Origin: a phage
Reading direction: 5' to 3' (one strand)
NCBI GenBank assembly: GCA_027468165.1
Contig: GCA_027468165.1_3951.1
DNA: 64,000 nucleotides
Positions 36,223-46,459 of the stretch are shown one piece after another; within the stretch, counting starts at the first letter, position 1; each line of letters starts with the position of its first letter. The notes under the pieces are model-generated. The model did no database searches. It worked only from the letters and a program-made list of their open reading frames with translations, and was not told the DNA's origin. The translations under genes and the position numbers were made by a program.

Positions 36223-36709
36223 AGGATTTGGCAATTGTCCTACCTATGGTCATTGGGTATCTTTATGTGGGGAAGTTGACCCCACTAAACATTTTGGTTT
36301 TGTCTACCTAGTGTACTGCAAAAAGACTGGACAGTATTATTTGGGTAAAAAACAGCTTAATAGTGTGACCAAAAGAAAAGTTGCTGGCAAGACTCGGAAG
36401 AAGGTAGTCACTAAGGAGAGTGATTGGATGACTTATGAGACTTCTTCTGAGTATATTAAGAAAGATATCGAGAGCTTTGGAAAAGAATTTTTTGACTTTT
36501 ACATTATCCAAACCTACTACACGAAAGGTGGCCTAGTTTATGGTGAAGCAAACCTCCAACATAAATTCGATGTAATGACAAAAAGGATTGACTCTAAGCT
36601 CAGACTCTTCTACAATGCCAATATTGCAGCAATTAAGTTTATTACTAAAGAAACTTATGAAGATGCTGAAAAAAGAATCCATAAGATAATGAAAGCAAAC
36701 TGTGCTTGA
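36212..36709 (+). CDS. GIY-YIG family endonuclease (putative free-standing homing endonuclease)
   Basis: GFVYLVYCKKTGQYYLGKK fits the GIY-(10 aa)-YIG pattern. Confidence 0.45.
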   Translation: MKIKGFGNCPTYGHWVSLCGEVDPTKHFGFVYLVYCKKTGQYYLGKKQLNSVTKRKVAGKTRKKVVTKESDWMTYETSSEYIKKDIESFGKEFFDFYIIQTYYTKGGLVYGEANLQHKFDVMTKRIDSKLRLFYNANIAAIKFITKETYEDAEKRIHKIMKANCA

Positions 36710-36730
36710 TAACTATTGAGAGAGAATAAA

Positions 36731-36961
36731 ATGTTTAACAAAAGTAAAGCTGTGAGTCATGTAGCAAAGGTTGACAGCAAGATTGAAGAACTTGAGCGCA
36801 TTCTTGCAAATGCCAGAGAGTCAATAATTAAAGAAGTTGAAGCTGTTGAATCTCAAATGCAGCACCTAATGCTTAAACGTCAAGAGTTACGTGAGCATCT
36901 GGAATATATTGAAACACGAGAGCTAAAAGTTAACAGATTTTTAAGGAGTCCGAATGTTTAA
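36731..36961 (+). CDS. Small coiled-coil protein (hypothetical)
   Basis: ATG after GAGAGAG RBS. Confidence 0.3.
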   Translation: MFNKSKAVSHVAKVDSKIEELERILANARESIIKEVEAVESQMQHLMLKRQELREHLEYIETRELKVNRFLRSPNV

Positions 36962-37709
36962 CTCAAGAGAATCAGTAAAAAACTGGAATCTTCGTTGCGG
37001 AAACACCCAAAAGCAACCTTACAGTGATGAGTATTGGGAATCTTTGAAATCCCAGTCTCTGTGTATGCTTGAAGAAGCAAAAGAGCTTGTAAAAGCAATT
37101 GAAGAGAAAGACCCCATTGAGACACTGGATGCTCAGGCAGATTTGCAATATGTTCTTGACGGTTTGATTTACCTGTCACAACATGACCATAACGGTGCTA
37201 TGAAAGCTGTTTGCCATAATAATGACCTGAAGTATACAGACGACTATGAAGAAGCTTTAAAGCGTCTTGCAGATGTTGAGAAGCGTACTGGTCAAGAGTG
37301 TATCATTAGAATGTCAGTGGTTGATGGTAAAGAGTGGTATGCGATTGTCCGTGCAGCCGATGGGAAGATTATGAAGCAATCAAATCTCCCTAAAGTACAG
37401 CTTGGTGAATACATTGTAGAGCTTGAAAGCCAAGAACTTTTTGTGGTAGTATCTGAGACATGCGTTATCTGCAAAGGTATTGTAGGTAGCTTAAAGGATT
37501 TGGGTGTAGATGGTTTTGTAGAAGTTAATCCAATTACCTCTAAAGCAGATAAAGATTTCTGTAAAGAGAATGGACTATGGATTGCAGATATTGTCTACTA
37601 CGATGGTGAGCAGTTCCATGTAACCTCATACCCGAAACTGAACTATGATGCTAATAACCTGAAGTGCTGGTTAAAAGGGGTTGGTTATAATGGATTCACA
37701 GAACATTAA
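36954..37709 (+). CDS. Hypothetical protein
   Basis: 251 aa ORF. Confidence 0.4.
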   Translation: MFNSRESVKNWNLRCGNTQKQPYSDEYWESLKSQSLCMLEEAKELVKAIEEKDPIETLDAQADLQYVLDGLIYLSQHDHNGAMKAVCHNNDLKYTDDYEEALKRLADVEKRTGQECIIRMSVVDGKEWYAIVRAADGKIMKQSNLPKVQLGEYIVELESQELFVVVSETCVICKGIVGSLKDLGVDGFVEVNPITSKADKDFCKENGLWIADIVYYDGEQFHVTSYPKLNYDANNLKCWLKGVGYNGFTEH

Positions 37710-38013
37710 TAAAGAAGGTGTGGCTCAGAAGAGCCACTTCTCAAACTACAATATCTCTATGACGGTGTTTATGTATGACCCGTTACTTGAGAAGTATGGT
37801 GAGACTCCAGATACACTTCTGGATAATGAACAAGTTTTAAAAGCAGTTCTGTACAAATACGGGATTGATATTGAGAAAGAGTATTCTTTTGAAATCTGTC
37901 AACACAGGAATACTTTTGGCAAAGTTGTAATGGCTCCACTCTTCATGGGTGTAGAAAGAACTGACTATGGTTGGTTATATCTAAAAAGAAACTTGGAGAA
38001 ATACCGTGTCTAA
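37690..38013 (+). CDS. Hypothetical protein
   Basis: About 107 aa ORF. Confidence 0.3.
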   Translation: MDSQNINKEGVAQKSHFSNYNISMTVFMYDPLLEKYGETPDTLLDNEQVLKAVLYKYGIDIEKEYSFEICQHRNTFGKVVMAPLFMGVERTDYGWLYLKRNLEKYRV

Positions 38014-38341
38014 AGCAAAAAAGCTATCTTATGATGACATTATCTCAGGTGCTAAATTAGGTGTTGATAGTATCGGACAAGATGTTAAGCACGAGGACAC
38101 AGTTATGTACTGTGACGACCGAAGAGGTAGAAGTGCAATCTTGTTTGGAAGAATTGTTTGCAAAATGCGAGGCAATTACGTTGTTGCAGACATGGATGTG
38201 AATGTCACACAAAAACTTGAAACAATTATGGATGCTAGTGCACCGTCATGGTTCCTGAATTGTATGCACACTTCTTCAGTCACAAAAGTAAGTGATAAGT
38301 TTTACGATATGTGGCAGAATGAGCAAATTTTCAAGATTTAA
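38006..38341 (+). CDS. Hypothetical protein
   Basis: 111 aa ORF followed by a terminator. Confidence 0.35.
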   Translation: MSKAKKLSYDDIISGAKLGVDSIGQDVKHEDTVMYCDDRRGRSAILFGRIVCKMRGNYVVADMDVNVTQKLETIMDASAPSWFLNCMHTSSVTKVSDKFYDMWQNEQIFKI

Positions 38342-38347
38342 ACTAGG

Positions 38348-38369
38348 GAGCCTCTTCGGAGGCTCTTTT
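38348..38369 (+). terminator. Rho-independent terminator
   Basis: GAGCCTC-TTCG-GAGGCTC hairpin followed by TTTT. Confidence 0.6.
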
Positions 38370-38387
38370 CATCTGTAGGATTTAAAA

Positions 38388-40622
38388 ATGATTAAGACAA
38401 TTAAAAAATCAAACGGTACAGTAGTAAACTTTGACCCAGAAAGACTGAATAAGTGGGCATCATGGGCAGATAAGCGTGGTATTATCTGGTCAGAAGTCAC
38501 TATGGAAGCCATGAAACGTGTCTATGAAGGTTGCACTACAAAAGAGATGCACCAAGCCATGATTGATGTTTGTGTTGATAAACAAACTCAAGAGTACTCA
38601 GATATGGCTGGACGGCTACTTCTGGGGATTATCTACAAAGAAGCCTTTGGAGGCTTTACTAAGGTTCCTACGCTGATTACCTTCGTTAAAAATATGGAGA
38701 GAGCAGGACTTTGGGAGAAGATGGACTATTCTCAGGAAGAGCTTGAATATCTGCAAGGGTACATTGTGCACTCAAAAGATATCTCTTACGGTTATGCAGT
38801 CCTGAAACAGTTCAGAGACAAGTATGGTATCCGTGATATTAAAACGGGAAGACTTTTTGAGTCACCACAATTTATGTTTATGGGTATGGCTATGAAAGCC
38901 TTCGAGAAGCAACCAAAGCACCGTAGACTGCAAGATGTTATCAAGCTGTACACTTACCTATCTGACCTGAAGATTAATGCTCCTACGCCTTATCTGAATG
39001 GTTTAAGAGCTACTAAATCAGGTTATGCGTCATGCTGTTTGATTAAGGCAAACGATACTGCTGAGTCACTTGGTATTGCTGCAAAGGTTGCTTATGATAT
39101 GACTACGAAGCAAGCTGGTATTGGTATGCTGATGGAGACTCGTACTATTGGTGATGGTATCCGTCAAAATACTATCGAACACATGGGTAAACTACCTTAT
39201 TACAAGCTTGTACGTTCATCTGTAGAGGCAAACAAACAAAAGAGCCGTGGTGGTTCAGCTAACAACTTCTACACCGCTCTAGACCCGCAGATTGAAGATT
39301 TACTGCGTTTGAAGCACCCTACAACGGTTCCTTCGAAACGTATTAACGAGATGGACTACTCATTTGGTACAAATGATTATTTCTGGCAGTGTGTTCAATA
39401 TGATACAGACTGGTTGCTATTCTCTTACAAGGATGCACCAAAGCTCTATGACATGTTCTACACAGCATCTGCTGATGAGTTTGCTATGGCAGTTGGTCAC
39501 GCAGTACATTCAGGTGTTAAGCACAGACGGGTGAAGGCTCGTGAAATTGCTAAACTGTTTATCCAGCAGCGTTATGCAACAGGCCGTGTGTACCCATTCT
39601 TCACGAATAATGCAAACACACATACACCATTTAAAGAGCCTTTGAAGATGTCAAATCTTTGTATGGAAATTGTGTTGCCAGTGTACGGCTTTGAGAAAGA
39701 GACAGACCTTTACAGAGATGATGCTGTGAAAGAGGATGGTGAGGTAGCTCTTTGCTTCCTAGCTAGTTTGGTTGCAGGGAGAATTTCAGAAGATGAATAC
39801 GCTGACGTTGCTTATTATGCTCTTGCAATGGTTGACTCCGTTATCGACCTTATGGATTATCCGTATCCGTCGATGCGCAACCATGTTCAGAAGCGTCGTT
39901 CTGTTGGGATTGGCCTTACAAATGTGGCTCATTACCTTGCGAAAAACTACGTGAACTACTCTTCAAGAGCAGGTAAGACAAAGCTTCATGAGCTTGCTGA
40001 AATGCACTCTTACTATTTACACGAAGCTTCTTTAAGACTTGCTAAAGAACGTGGTGTACCTGAGTATATGCAGTTCACTAAGTATCCTGAAGGTTGGGTT
40101 CCTCCGAAAACAGCTAACAGGAAGATTGATGAGAAGCATGATGCAAAACTTCGTTATGATTGGGATGACTTAGCACAACGTATTAAAGAAAATGGTGGAA
40201 TCCGTAACTCTGTATTAGAAGCTTACATGCCTAATGAGAGTTCTTCACTGGCAACTAATACGACAAATGGCCTGTATCCAATTCGTGACTTTATTTTAAC
40301 TAAAAAGTCTGCAACTGGTAACGTACTGTTTATTGTTCCAGACTACGAAGAGTTGAAGTATGTCTATGAAATTGCTTGGGATATTGACACCTTTGACCTG
40401 ATTGATTGTTATGCAATTGTTCAAAAGTTCACTGGTCAAGCTATCTCTTCAGATTTCTATGTTGACTATGCAAAGTCTAAGAAGGTATCATTGTCTCAAG
40501 CTTTGAAGTACATGATTTATGCCAACTCAGTAGGTATGAAAACCATGTACTACCTTAACAGTCGCATTGGTGTAGGTAAATCTGCACTGCAAGATGCTTA
40601 TTGCGAGGGTTGTGGTGTTTAG
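38388..40622 (+). CDS. nrdA: Ribonucleoside-diphosphate reductase, alpha subunit (class Ia)
   Basis: N-terminal ATP-cone; active-site NLCMEI; C-terminal YCEGCGV cysteine pair; followed by nrdB and nrdH. Confidence 0.9.
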   Translation: MIKTIKKSNGTVVNFDPERLNKWASWADKRGIIWSEVTMEAMKRVYEGCTTKEMHQAMIDVCVDKQTQEYSDMAGRLLLGIIYKEAFGGFTKVPTLITFVKNMERAGLWEKMDYSQEELEYLQGYIVHSKDISYGYAVLKQFRDKYGIRDIKTGRLFESPQFMFMGMAMKAFEKQPKHRRLQDVIKLYTYLSDLKINAPTPYLNGLRATKSGYASCCLIKANDTAESLGIAAKVAYDMTTKQAGIGMLMETRTIGDGIRQNTIEHMGKLPYYKLVRSSVEANKQKSRGGSANNFYTALDPQIEDLLRLKHPTTVPSKRINEMDYSFGTNDYFWQCVQYDTDWLLFSYKDAPKLYDMFYTASADEFAMAVGHAVHSGVKHRRVKAREIAKLFIQQRYATGRVYPFFTNNANTHTPFKEPLKMSNLCMEIVLPVYGFEKETDLYRDDAVKEDGEVALCFLASLVAGRISEDEYADVAYYALAMVDSVIDLMDYPYPSMRNHVQKRRSVGIGLTNVAHYLAKNYVNYSSRAGKTKLHELAEMHSYYLHEASLRLAKERGVPEYMQFTKYPEGWVPPKTANRKIDEKHDAKLRYDWDDLAQRIKENGGIRNSVLEAYMPNESSSLATNTTNGLYPIRDFILTKKSATGNVLFIVPDYEELKYVYEIAWDIDTFDLIDCYAIVQKFTGQAISSDFYVDYAKSKKVSLSQALKYMIYANSVGMKTMYYLNSRIGVGKSALQDAYCEGCGV

Positions 40623-40636
40623 TTTTAATAACTATG

Positions 40637-40656
40637 AGGGTCGTAAAAGACCCTCT
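40637..40656 (+). other. Stem-loop without a T-tract between nrdA and the next ORF
   Basis: GAGGGTC-GTAAAA-GACCCTC perfect 7 bp hairpin. Confidence 0.35.
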
Positions 40657-40677
40657 AAAATTAACTTTGGAGAAACT

Positions 40678-40935
40678 ATGAAAGACTTAATAGAAAAACA
40701 TGAGCGGCCAATATACTTGCTCTACAAACCCCGCAAAACATTGTACTATGTGAGCAGCACAGGCATCATGATAAAGCAGAATGATGACTTATGGGTCACT
40801 GGAGCCTCTTACATCTCTACAGTAGATGGTAAAATCTATGTAAGACCTTATGACATGTTTAATAAAGAAAATTGGGAAGTTTTAGACAGAAAACAAGCCT
40901 CAGAGATGATAAAGAAAGGAGAAATCACGCTATGA
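40678..40935 (+). CDS. Hypothetical small protein
   Basis: ATG after GGAG RBS; sits between nrdA and nrdB. Confidence 0.35.
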   Translation: MKDLIEKHERPIYLLYKPRKTLYYVSSTGIMIKQNDDLWVTGASYISTVDGKIYVRPYDMFNKENWEVLDRKQASEMIKKGEITL

Positions 40936-42005
40936 TTAACCAACACCCAATCTTTTTAGGTGGTGAGAGAAAGACTTTTGACTCACTTAATAAACACTAC
41001 CCAAAAATCTTTGAGCTATATAAACAACAAAAAGCACAAGACTGGTCAGAAGATGAGTTCCCTTTTGAACAATCACGTCTTGATTTTGAGAGTGTACCAG
41101 CATCAATGTCAGGTGTAATGCTTGAGATTCTTAAGTGGCAGTGGGAAGCAGATACCCAAGTTGCTAAGAGCTTAGCGTTTGCCTTTGCACCATTCATCTC
41201 TGATGACATTTATGCAACTGCAATTATGAAGCAGTCTGAGATTGAAAACCTACATGCTCTTACTTACTCAGAGATTGTAAGGCAATGTATTAAAAATCCT
41301 GAAACAATCTTAGATGAGATTAACCAGAATGTTGCTGTGCAAGACCGATTAAAAACTGTGAACCGTGTTCTTGAAGAATTACTAGATGAAGGTATAAACT
41401 ATCGTCTGAGTTATGTCCGTGACTCGCTTCTGGACAAAGACCCTTTACACTTCCATAAAGTGATTTTGAAAGGTCTATTTGCAGTGACTGCACTTGAAGG
41501 TATCTCTTTCATGGCATCCTTTGCATGTACTTTTGCACTTGATGCTCAAGATAAATTTCAAGGTATTGCTCAAGCTGTCCAGAAAATTATGCTTGACGAA
41601 ATCCTTCACACTAAAATTGATATTGAAGTTTTAAAAGAAACTTTAAGAGATGATGAGTGGCAAAAAGCTTTCCAACAGATTCTCCCAGAGATTAAAGTAA
41701 TCTTAGATGAAGTAGTTGAAAGTGAAGAAAAATGGTCGTATTATATCTTCTCCGAAGGACGTGCTGTAGTTGGGTTAAATACAAAACTTCTTCATGAGTG
41801 GGTTTACTATAATGCTGCCCCACTGTATGATATGTTTGGCATTCCCAGAGATTTTGTAGCTCCTAAAGAACCACCTTTGAAGTATATGATTAAGAAGATG
41901 GAAATTGATAAAGAGCAGAATGCTAATCAGGAGCAACAGAACGGTGCGTATCTATTGAATACTGTTGTAGATGATTTGAATAGTGGATTTTTAGAGGTTC
42001 CTTAA
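40932..42005 (+). CDS. nrdB: Ribonucleoside-diphosphate reductase, beta subunit
   Basis: Size and position after nrdA; ferritin-like helical protein with EGI.F-type iron-ligand region. Confidence 0.8.
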   Translation: MINQHPIFLGGERKTFDSLNKHYPKIFELYKQQKAQDWSEDEFPFEQSRLDFESVPASMSGVMLEILKWQWEADTQVAKSLAFAFAPFISDDIYATAIMKQSEIENLHALTYSEIVRQCIKNPETILDEINQNVAVQDRLKTVNRVLEELLDEGINYRLSYVRDSLLDKDPLHFHKVILKGLFAVTALEGISFMASFACTFALDAQDKFQGIAQAVQKIMLDEILHTKIDIEVLKETLRDDEWQKAFQQILPEIKVILDEVVESEEKWSYYIFSEGRAVVGLNTKLLHEWVYYNAAPLYDMFGIPRDFVAPKEPPLKYMIKKMEIDKEQNANQEQQNGAYLLNTVVDDLNSGFLEVP

Positions 42006-42247
42006 TGACTTATGTAATTTACTCCAAAACTGGATGCCCTCAGTGTGAGACTGCAAAGAATTTTGCAAAAGCTCGTGGTATTGACCATGTTGTAAGAATG
42101 TTAGGGCAGGATTATGAACTGTCAGACCTGATGGATATTGCACAGATGCCAGTTCGTCAGATGCCATTCATCATGAAAACTGATGGTCAAAACCTAGAGC
42201 CTGTTGGAACGCTACAGAATTTTATGGCAGAGGTGAATAATGCTTAA
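42005..42247 (+). CDS. nrdH: Glutaredoxin-like protein (NrdH-type)
   Basis: N-terminal CPQC redox motif in an 80 aa protein coupled to nrdB. Confidence 0.75.
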   Translation: MTYVIYSKTGCPQCETAKNFAKARGIDHVVRMLGQDYELSDLMDIAQMPVRQMPFIMKTDGQNLEPVGTLQNFMAEVNNA

Positions 42248-42446
42248 ACGCCTTTGGGAAGGCTTGGTTATTGATGCACCAGCTATTGTGATTGGTATGC
42301 TTGTTGTTAACCTATTTACTGACTTTGAACAAGGTTCATTGTTTGGAGCCATGTTAATATGGGTTATCTTTGAAATCTTAGAGATACAGTTAGGCATCAC
42401 TGAAAAACTAAGAGAACTCTTTTCAAAGTTTTCTAAAAAGATTTAA
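42240..42446 (+). CDS. Small membrane protein (hypothetical)
   Basis: 68 aa, hydrophobic. Confidence 0.3.
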   Translation: MLKRLWEGLVIDAPAIVIGMLVVNLFTDFEQGSLFGAMLIWVIFEILEIQLGITEKLRELFSKFSKKI

Positions 42447-42453
42447 AATGAAA

Positions 42454-42475
42454 GGGTCTCTTCGGAGACCTTTTT
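42454..42475 (+). terminator. Rho-independent terminator
   Basis: GGGTCTC-TTCG-GAGACC hairpin followed by TTTTT. Confidence 0.6.
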
Positions 42476-42494
42476 AGCATGTAAAGGGGCAATA

Positions 42495-44639
42495 ATGAAC
42501 AAAGTACAAATTATTAAAAAGAATGGCTCACTTGAAGAACCTGATATCAAAAAAGTTTTAGCAGCAGTAACTAAGTCAGCTAACAGAGTTGGGTATAAAG
42601 AACTTCCACCAGATGTTACCCAAGCACTTGAATCAGCATTTATGAGGATTCTGGTAAAATCCACTAAGCAGAATAATTTGCTCATCTCGGTAAATGATAT
42701 CCACAGTATTGTTGAAGGTGCTTTGGCAGAAGTCAATCACGAGATTTATGAATCTTATTCAACATATAGAAATTACCGGAAAGAGGTTGCTCAAAATTGG
42801 GATGAGCTTTACCAAAAGACTAAAGACACGCTCTTCTTAGGTGACCGTGAAAATGCTAACTTTGACAGTAGTTTAATTTCTACAAAAGGTTCAATTATTC
42901 GTGGTTATCTGACTAAAGAAATCTTTAAACAGTACCATTTAACACCAGAGGAACTCGAAGCCATTGAAAAAGGGTTTATCTACATCCATGACTTAAGAGA
43001 CCTAATTTTTGGTGGGATTAACTGTTGCCTGTTCGACATTGGTAAAGTACTGGAAGGTGGCTTTGAAATGTCTGGCATCGAATACTGTGAACCGAAGTCT
43101 GTACTGTCAGCCTTACAGGTTATCGGTGATGTAGTTCTTTCAGCAACTGCACAGCAATTTGGTGGATTTACTTTAGCAGAGATTGATAAGGTGCTTGTAC
43201 CGTATGCTAAAAAGTCTCTACGCTACCATGCTGAGAAAGCAGCGTCTTACGGTATTCCTAAAGAACATTACCATAATTATGTCATGGAGCAGCTACAGAT
43301 TGAATTAACTCAAGGCTTCCAGTCACTAGAGATGAAACTGAATACTGTACCATGTAGCCGTGGTGATTTTGCATTCACAACTTTAACATTTGGTTTACTT
43401 GACTCAGACATGTCTAATGAAGACAACCTGCTGCAATACATGATTGCAAACACCATTCTTGATGTTCGCATGAATGGACAAGGTAAGAGCAAGAAACCTG
43501 TTGTATTTCCTAAACTGGTTTATATTTATGACCAGAAGAGACATGATGAGAATATCTGTCAAGGTCAACTGTACAGTAAAGCTATTGAGTGTTGCTCTAA
43601 AGCAATGTATCCAGATTTCTTAAGCGTATCTGGTCATGGTGCTGTAGCAGAGGCTTTTGAGCGTTCTGGCAAGGTAATTTCACCGATGGGTTGCAGAGCT
43701 TTCTTATCCCCATATCTTAACGAGAATGGAGAAGAGTTCTACGTTGGTCGTGCTAACATTGGTGCTGTATCTTTGAACTTACCAATGATTTACCAGTATT
43801 CTAAAGAGAATGGTTTAGATTTCTGGAAAGAACTTGATAAGTACCTAGAGATGATTCGCAGCTTCCACAAGAAACGCTACGAAATGATTGCTAATATGCC
43901 AGCAAGTTCTAACCCTCTTGCATTCACACAAGGTGGTCTGTACAAAGGAACTAAGAAACCTACTGACAAGGTTGGTTGGGATATCGTGAAGTCCTTCACA
44001 GCTTCTTTTGGGGTTACTGCGCTTGATGAGTTGTCTGTTCTTAGTGAGGGTAAACGACTTCATGAAGTTGGAAGCTGTAGCTTTGCATACGATGTTCTGG
44101 CATACATTAACATGAAAACTGAAGAGTTTAAGAATGAAGATGGCTTCTTGTATGCGGTATATGGCACTCCAGCAGAATCACTTTGCGGGACTCAGCTAAA
44201 ACAGTTCAGAGATATGTTTGGCGTTATCAAAGGTGTTTCTGACAAGGAATACTTTACAAACAGTTTCCACATGAATGTTGCAGCAGACATATCACCATTT
44301 GAGAAGCAGGACTTAGAAGAGCCATTCTTCCATATCTGTAGAGGTGGCAGAATCCAGTATGTAAGGGTAGCTAACCCAGAAAACTTGCCAGCACTTAAAA
44401 GTTGTATTACAAGAGGCATGTTGAAAGGTTTTTATCAGGGACTTAACTTTGACTTAGCAATCTGTGAACATTGTGGTAACAGACCAAAGGCTGATGTTGA
44501 AGAATGTGAAGTTTGCCATTCACATGATATCTCTGTGATTAACAGGGTGTGCGGGTACTTGGGGTGGACTAAGATTAAAGGCGAATCCCGAATGAACGAT
44601 GCAAAAATTGCTGAGATTCGTGATAGAGTCTCTATGTAA
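42495..44639 (+). CDS. nrdD: Anaerobic ribonucleoside-triphosphate reductase (class III)
   Basis: C-terminal glycyl-radical motif RVCGYLG preceded by a Cys cluster CEHCGN...CEVCHS. Confidence 0.9.
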   Translation: MNKVQIIKKNGSLEEPDIKKVLAAVTKSANRVGYKELPPDVTQALESAFMRILVKSTKQNNLLISVNDIHSIVEGALAEVNHEIYESYSTYRNYRKEVAQNWDELYQKTKDTLFLGDRENANFDSSLISTKGSIIRGYLTKEIFKQYHLTPEELEAIEKGFIYIHDLRDLIFGGINCCLFDIGKVLEGGFEMSGIEYCEPKSVLSALQVIGDVVLSATAQQFGGFTLAEIDKVLVPYAKKSLRYHAEKAASYGIPKEHYHNYVMEQLQIELTQGFQSLEMKLNTVPCSRGDFAFTTLTFGLLDSDMSNEDNLLQYMIANTILDVRMNGQGKSKKPVVFPKLVYIYDQKRHDENICQGQLYSKAIECCSKAMYPDFLSVSGHGAVAEAFERSGKVISPMGCRAFLSPYLNENGEEFYVGRANIGAVSLNLPMIYQYSKENGLDFWKELDKYLEMIRSFHKKRYEMIANMPASSNPLAFTQGGLYKGTKKPTDKVGWDIVKSFTASFGVTALDELSVLSEGKRLHEVGSCSFAYDVLAYINMKTEEFKNEDGFLYAVYGTPAESLCGTQLKQFRDMFGVIKGVSDKEYFTNSFHMNVAADISPFEKQDLEEPFFHICRGGRIQYVRVANPENLPALKSCITRGMLKGFYQGLNFDLAICEHCGNRPKADVEECEVCHSHDISVINRVCGYLGWTKIKGESRMNDAKIAEIRDRVSM

Positions 44640-44650
44640 AACTTGACAAG

Positions 44651-44685
44651 GTGATGTGAGTCTTGATAGGCTTACATCACTTTTT
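44651..44685 (+). terminator. Rho-independent terminator
   Basis: GTGATGT/ACATCAC hairpin followed by TTTTT; overlaps a TTGACAAGGTG motif. Confidence 0.45.
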
Positions 44686-44700
44686 ATTTGGAGTTGCATC

Positions 44701-45036
44701 ATGGACTTGTGGCTTTATGTAGCAGTTTGTGGGATTGTATGTCTGATAATCTTATTTATTCTTGGAATAATGAGATTTAGAGACATTATACAGTCAGATT
44801 TTTTGCCTGAGATTGCCATGATAGTTGGGGTTATTACACTTTGTGTCTTGGCAGTGTTCTATTCATACAAAACTGTGATATGGATGGAGGCAAACAATTG
44901 TGTAAAAACTCATCAACATCGTGAGGTTACTTATTTTGTGAGTGTACTTAGTGGGAACACCACTATACTTGTCCCACAAACTTCTGTAGAGTATCTTTAC
45001 ACATGTGATAATGGTAAAACTATATGGTGGAATTAA
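44701..45036 (+). CDS. Membrane protein (hypothetical)
   Basis: Two or more hydrophobic helices; ATG after GGAG RBS. Confidence 0.35.
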   Translation: MDLWLYVAVCGIVCLIILFILGIMRFRDIIQSDFLPEIAMIVGVITLCVLAVFYSYKTVIWMEANNCVKTHQHREVTYFVSVLSGNTTILVPQTSVEYLYTCDNGKTIWWN

Positions 45037-45239
45037 CAATGACAACACTCTTAAGGGTATTAGCACCCACACTACACATAGCAATCTTCTTCTTTGGAGT
45101 TAGTGTTATGGTATGGGGTTTTTCAGACCCACAATGGAGTTTCGCATATCATGGTCAGATGGATTTATGGTCATGCTTCAAACCATTTTTAGGGTTAGCT
45201 ATAGCATTCAGTGCATTGCCAACTAGGGTGAAATTATGA
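45024..45239 (+). CDS. Small membrane protein (hypothetical)
   Basis: 71 aa, hydrophobic. Confidence 0.3.
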   Translation: MVELTMTTLLRVLAPTLHIAIFFFGVSVMVWGFSDPQWSFAYHGQMDLWSCFKPFLGLAIAFSALPTRVKL

Positions 45240-45631
45240 TTAAGTTGAACCAAAAACAGTTAGAGTGGGTTAAAGACTACACCTCAGAGTGTGGCTCTTG
45301 CGAAAAGAATCACGTAAAATACTCAACATTCCATACAGTCTTCACATTGTACATCAGCGACAATGTTCTAAGTGATTCCGTGGAAGACGGTGTAGCGTTA
45401 CCTAATGAGTTACTTGATAAACTAGCTGTAGTCACTGGAACTTGGTCTGAAGAAGACGGTCATGAATTATCTGATGATGTTGTCTTCTACACTCTTGAAA
45501 ACATCATGAATCCAGAGTACATTATGCTAATGACTTGTGCACAAGACTGTGTGCCATTACAAAACTTCATTAAAGAACACTGTGAAGAATTTATTACTAA
45601 ACAGGTTCCTTGTCAGGTGGTGTTTGAATGA
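45236..45631 (+). CDS. Hypothetical protein
   Basis: 131 aa ORF. Confidence 0.35.
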   Translation: MIKLNQKQLEWVKDYTSECGSCEKNHVKYSTFHTVFTLYISDNVLSDSVEDGVALPNELLDKLAVVTGTWSEEDGHELSDDVVFYTLENIMNPEYIMLMTCAQDCVPLQNFIKEHCEEFITKQVPCQVVFE

Positions 45632-45927
45632 GTAAAACAATTCGAAGAAAAGGTTTAAAGAACGTTCATGGACTCTATGAGTGGAGAAATGAGGTGCGTA
45701 ACAGAGAAAATGCTTCAGATGTCTACTTCCATTCTGATATGATGTCCAGAAAAGGTGGCTCTTATGACTTTACAAGTCAGCCTTGTAGAGAGATTAAGAA
45801 GGCTACTAAACGTCTTACAAGAACACAAATCAGTCAGCTTTCTAAGACATCCTTCTTAGATGAAGATTTTGACATTGACAGCAAATCTCCAAAGAAAGCT
45901 GCTCAGAGCACTTATATGTATTGGTGA
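45628..45927 (+). CDS. Hypothetical protein
   Basis: 99 aa ORF. Confidence 0.3.
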   Translation: MSKTIRRKGLKNVHGLYEWRNEVRNRENASDVYFHSDMMSRKGGSYDFTSQPCREIKKATKRLTRTQISQLSKTSFLDEDFDIDSKSPKKAAQSTYMYW

Positions 45928-45936
45928 GGTAACTAG

Positions 45937-46422
45937 ATGAATTACATGGAGATTCGACCATTTGACACAGCTAATGGTGAAGGGGTTCGTGTAAGTCTCT
46001 TCGTAGCTGGCTGTAAACATCACTGTGAAGGCTGCTTTAACAGGGAGTCTTGGAAGTTTAATGCTGGTAAAGAGTTTACTTATGCAAACCTCTACGGCAT
46101 CATTAAGTTAATGGATGATAATGCTATCAGTGGGCTGTCAATACTTGGTGGGGAACCTCTGGATGACAGAAACATTCAAGAGGTCACCAACATATGCAAG
46201 CGTATTAAAACTGTTTATCCAGAAAAGTCTATATGGCTTTGGACAGGTTTTCAACTACACGAAAAAATCCACTTAGATGTTATGAAATATGTTGACGTGG
46301 TGATTGATGGTAAGTATGATTCTTCTAAACCAACAGTTAAACCATATCGTGGTTCTGATAACCAAAACCTCTGGAGAAAAGAGTATGGGTGGCAAGGTGA
46401 CTGTCAATGGCGAGCAGAGTGA
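45937..46422 (+). CDS. nrdG: Anaerobic ribonucleotide reductase activating protein (radical SAM)
   Basis: CKHHCEGC radical-SAM cluster motif; close to nrdD. Confidence 0.85.
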   Translation: MNYMEIRPFDTANGEGVRVSLFVAGCKHHCEGCFNRESWKFNAGKEFTYANLYGIIKLMDDNAISGLSILGGEPLDDRNIQEVTNICKRIKTVYPEKSIWLWTGFQLHEKIHLDVMKYVDVVIDGKYDSSKPTVKPYRGSDNQNLWRKEYGWQGDCQWRAE

Positions 46423-46459
46423 ATCTCGTCGTAAAATTGGCTACGGAAAAGGTGAGATA

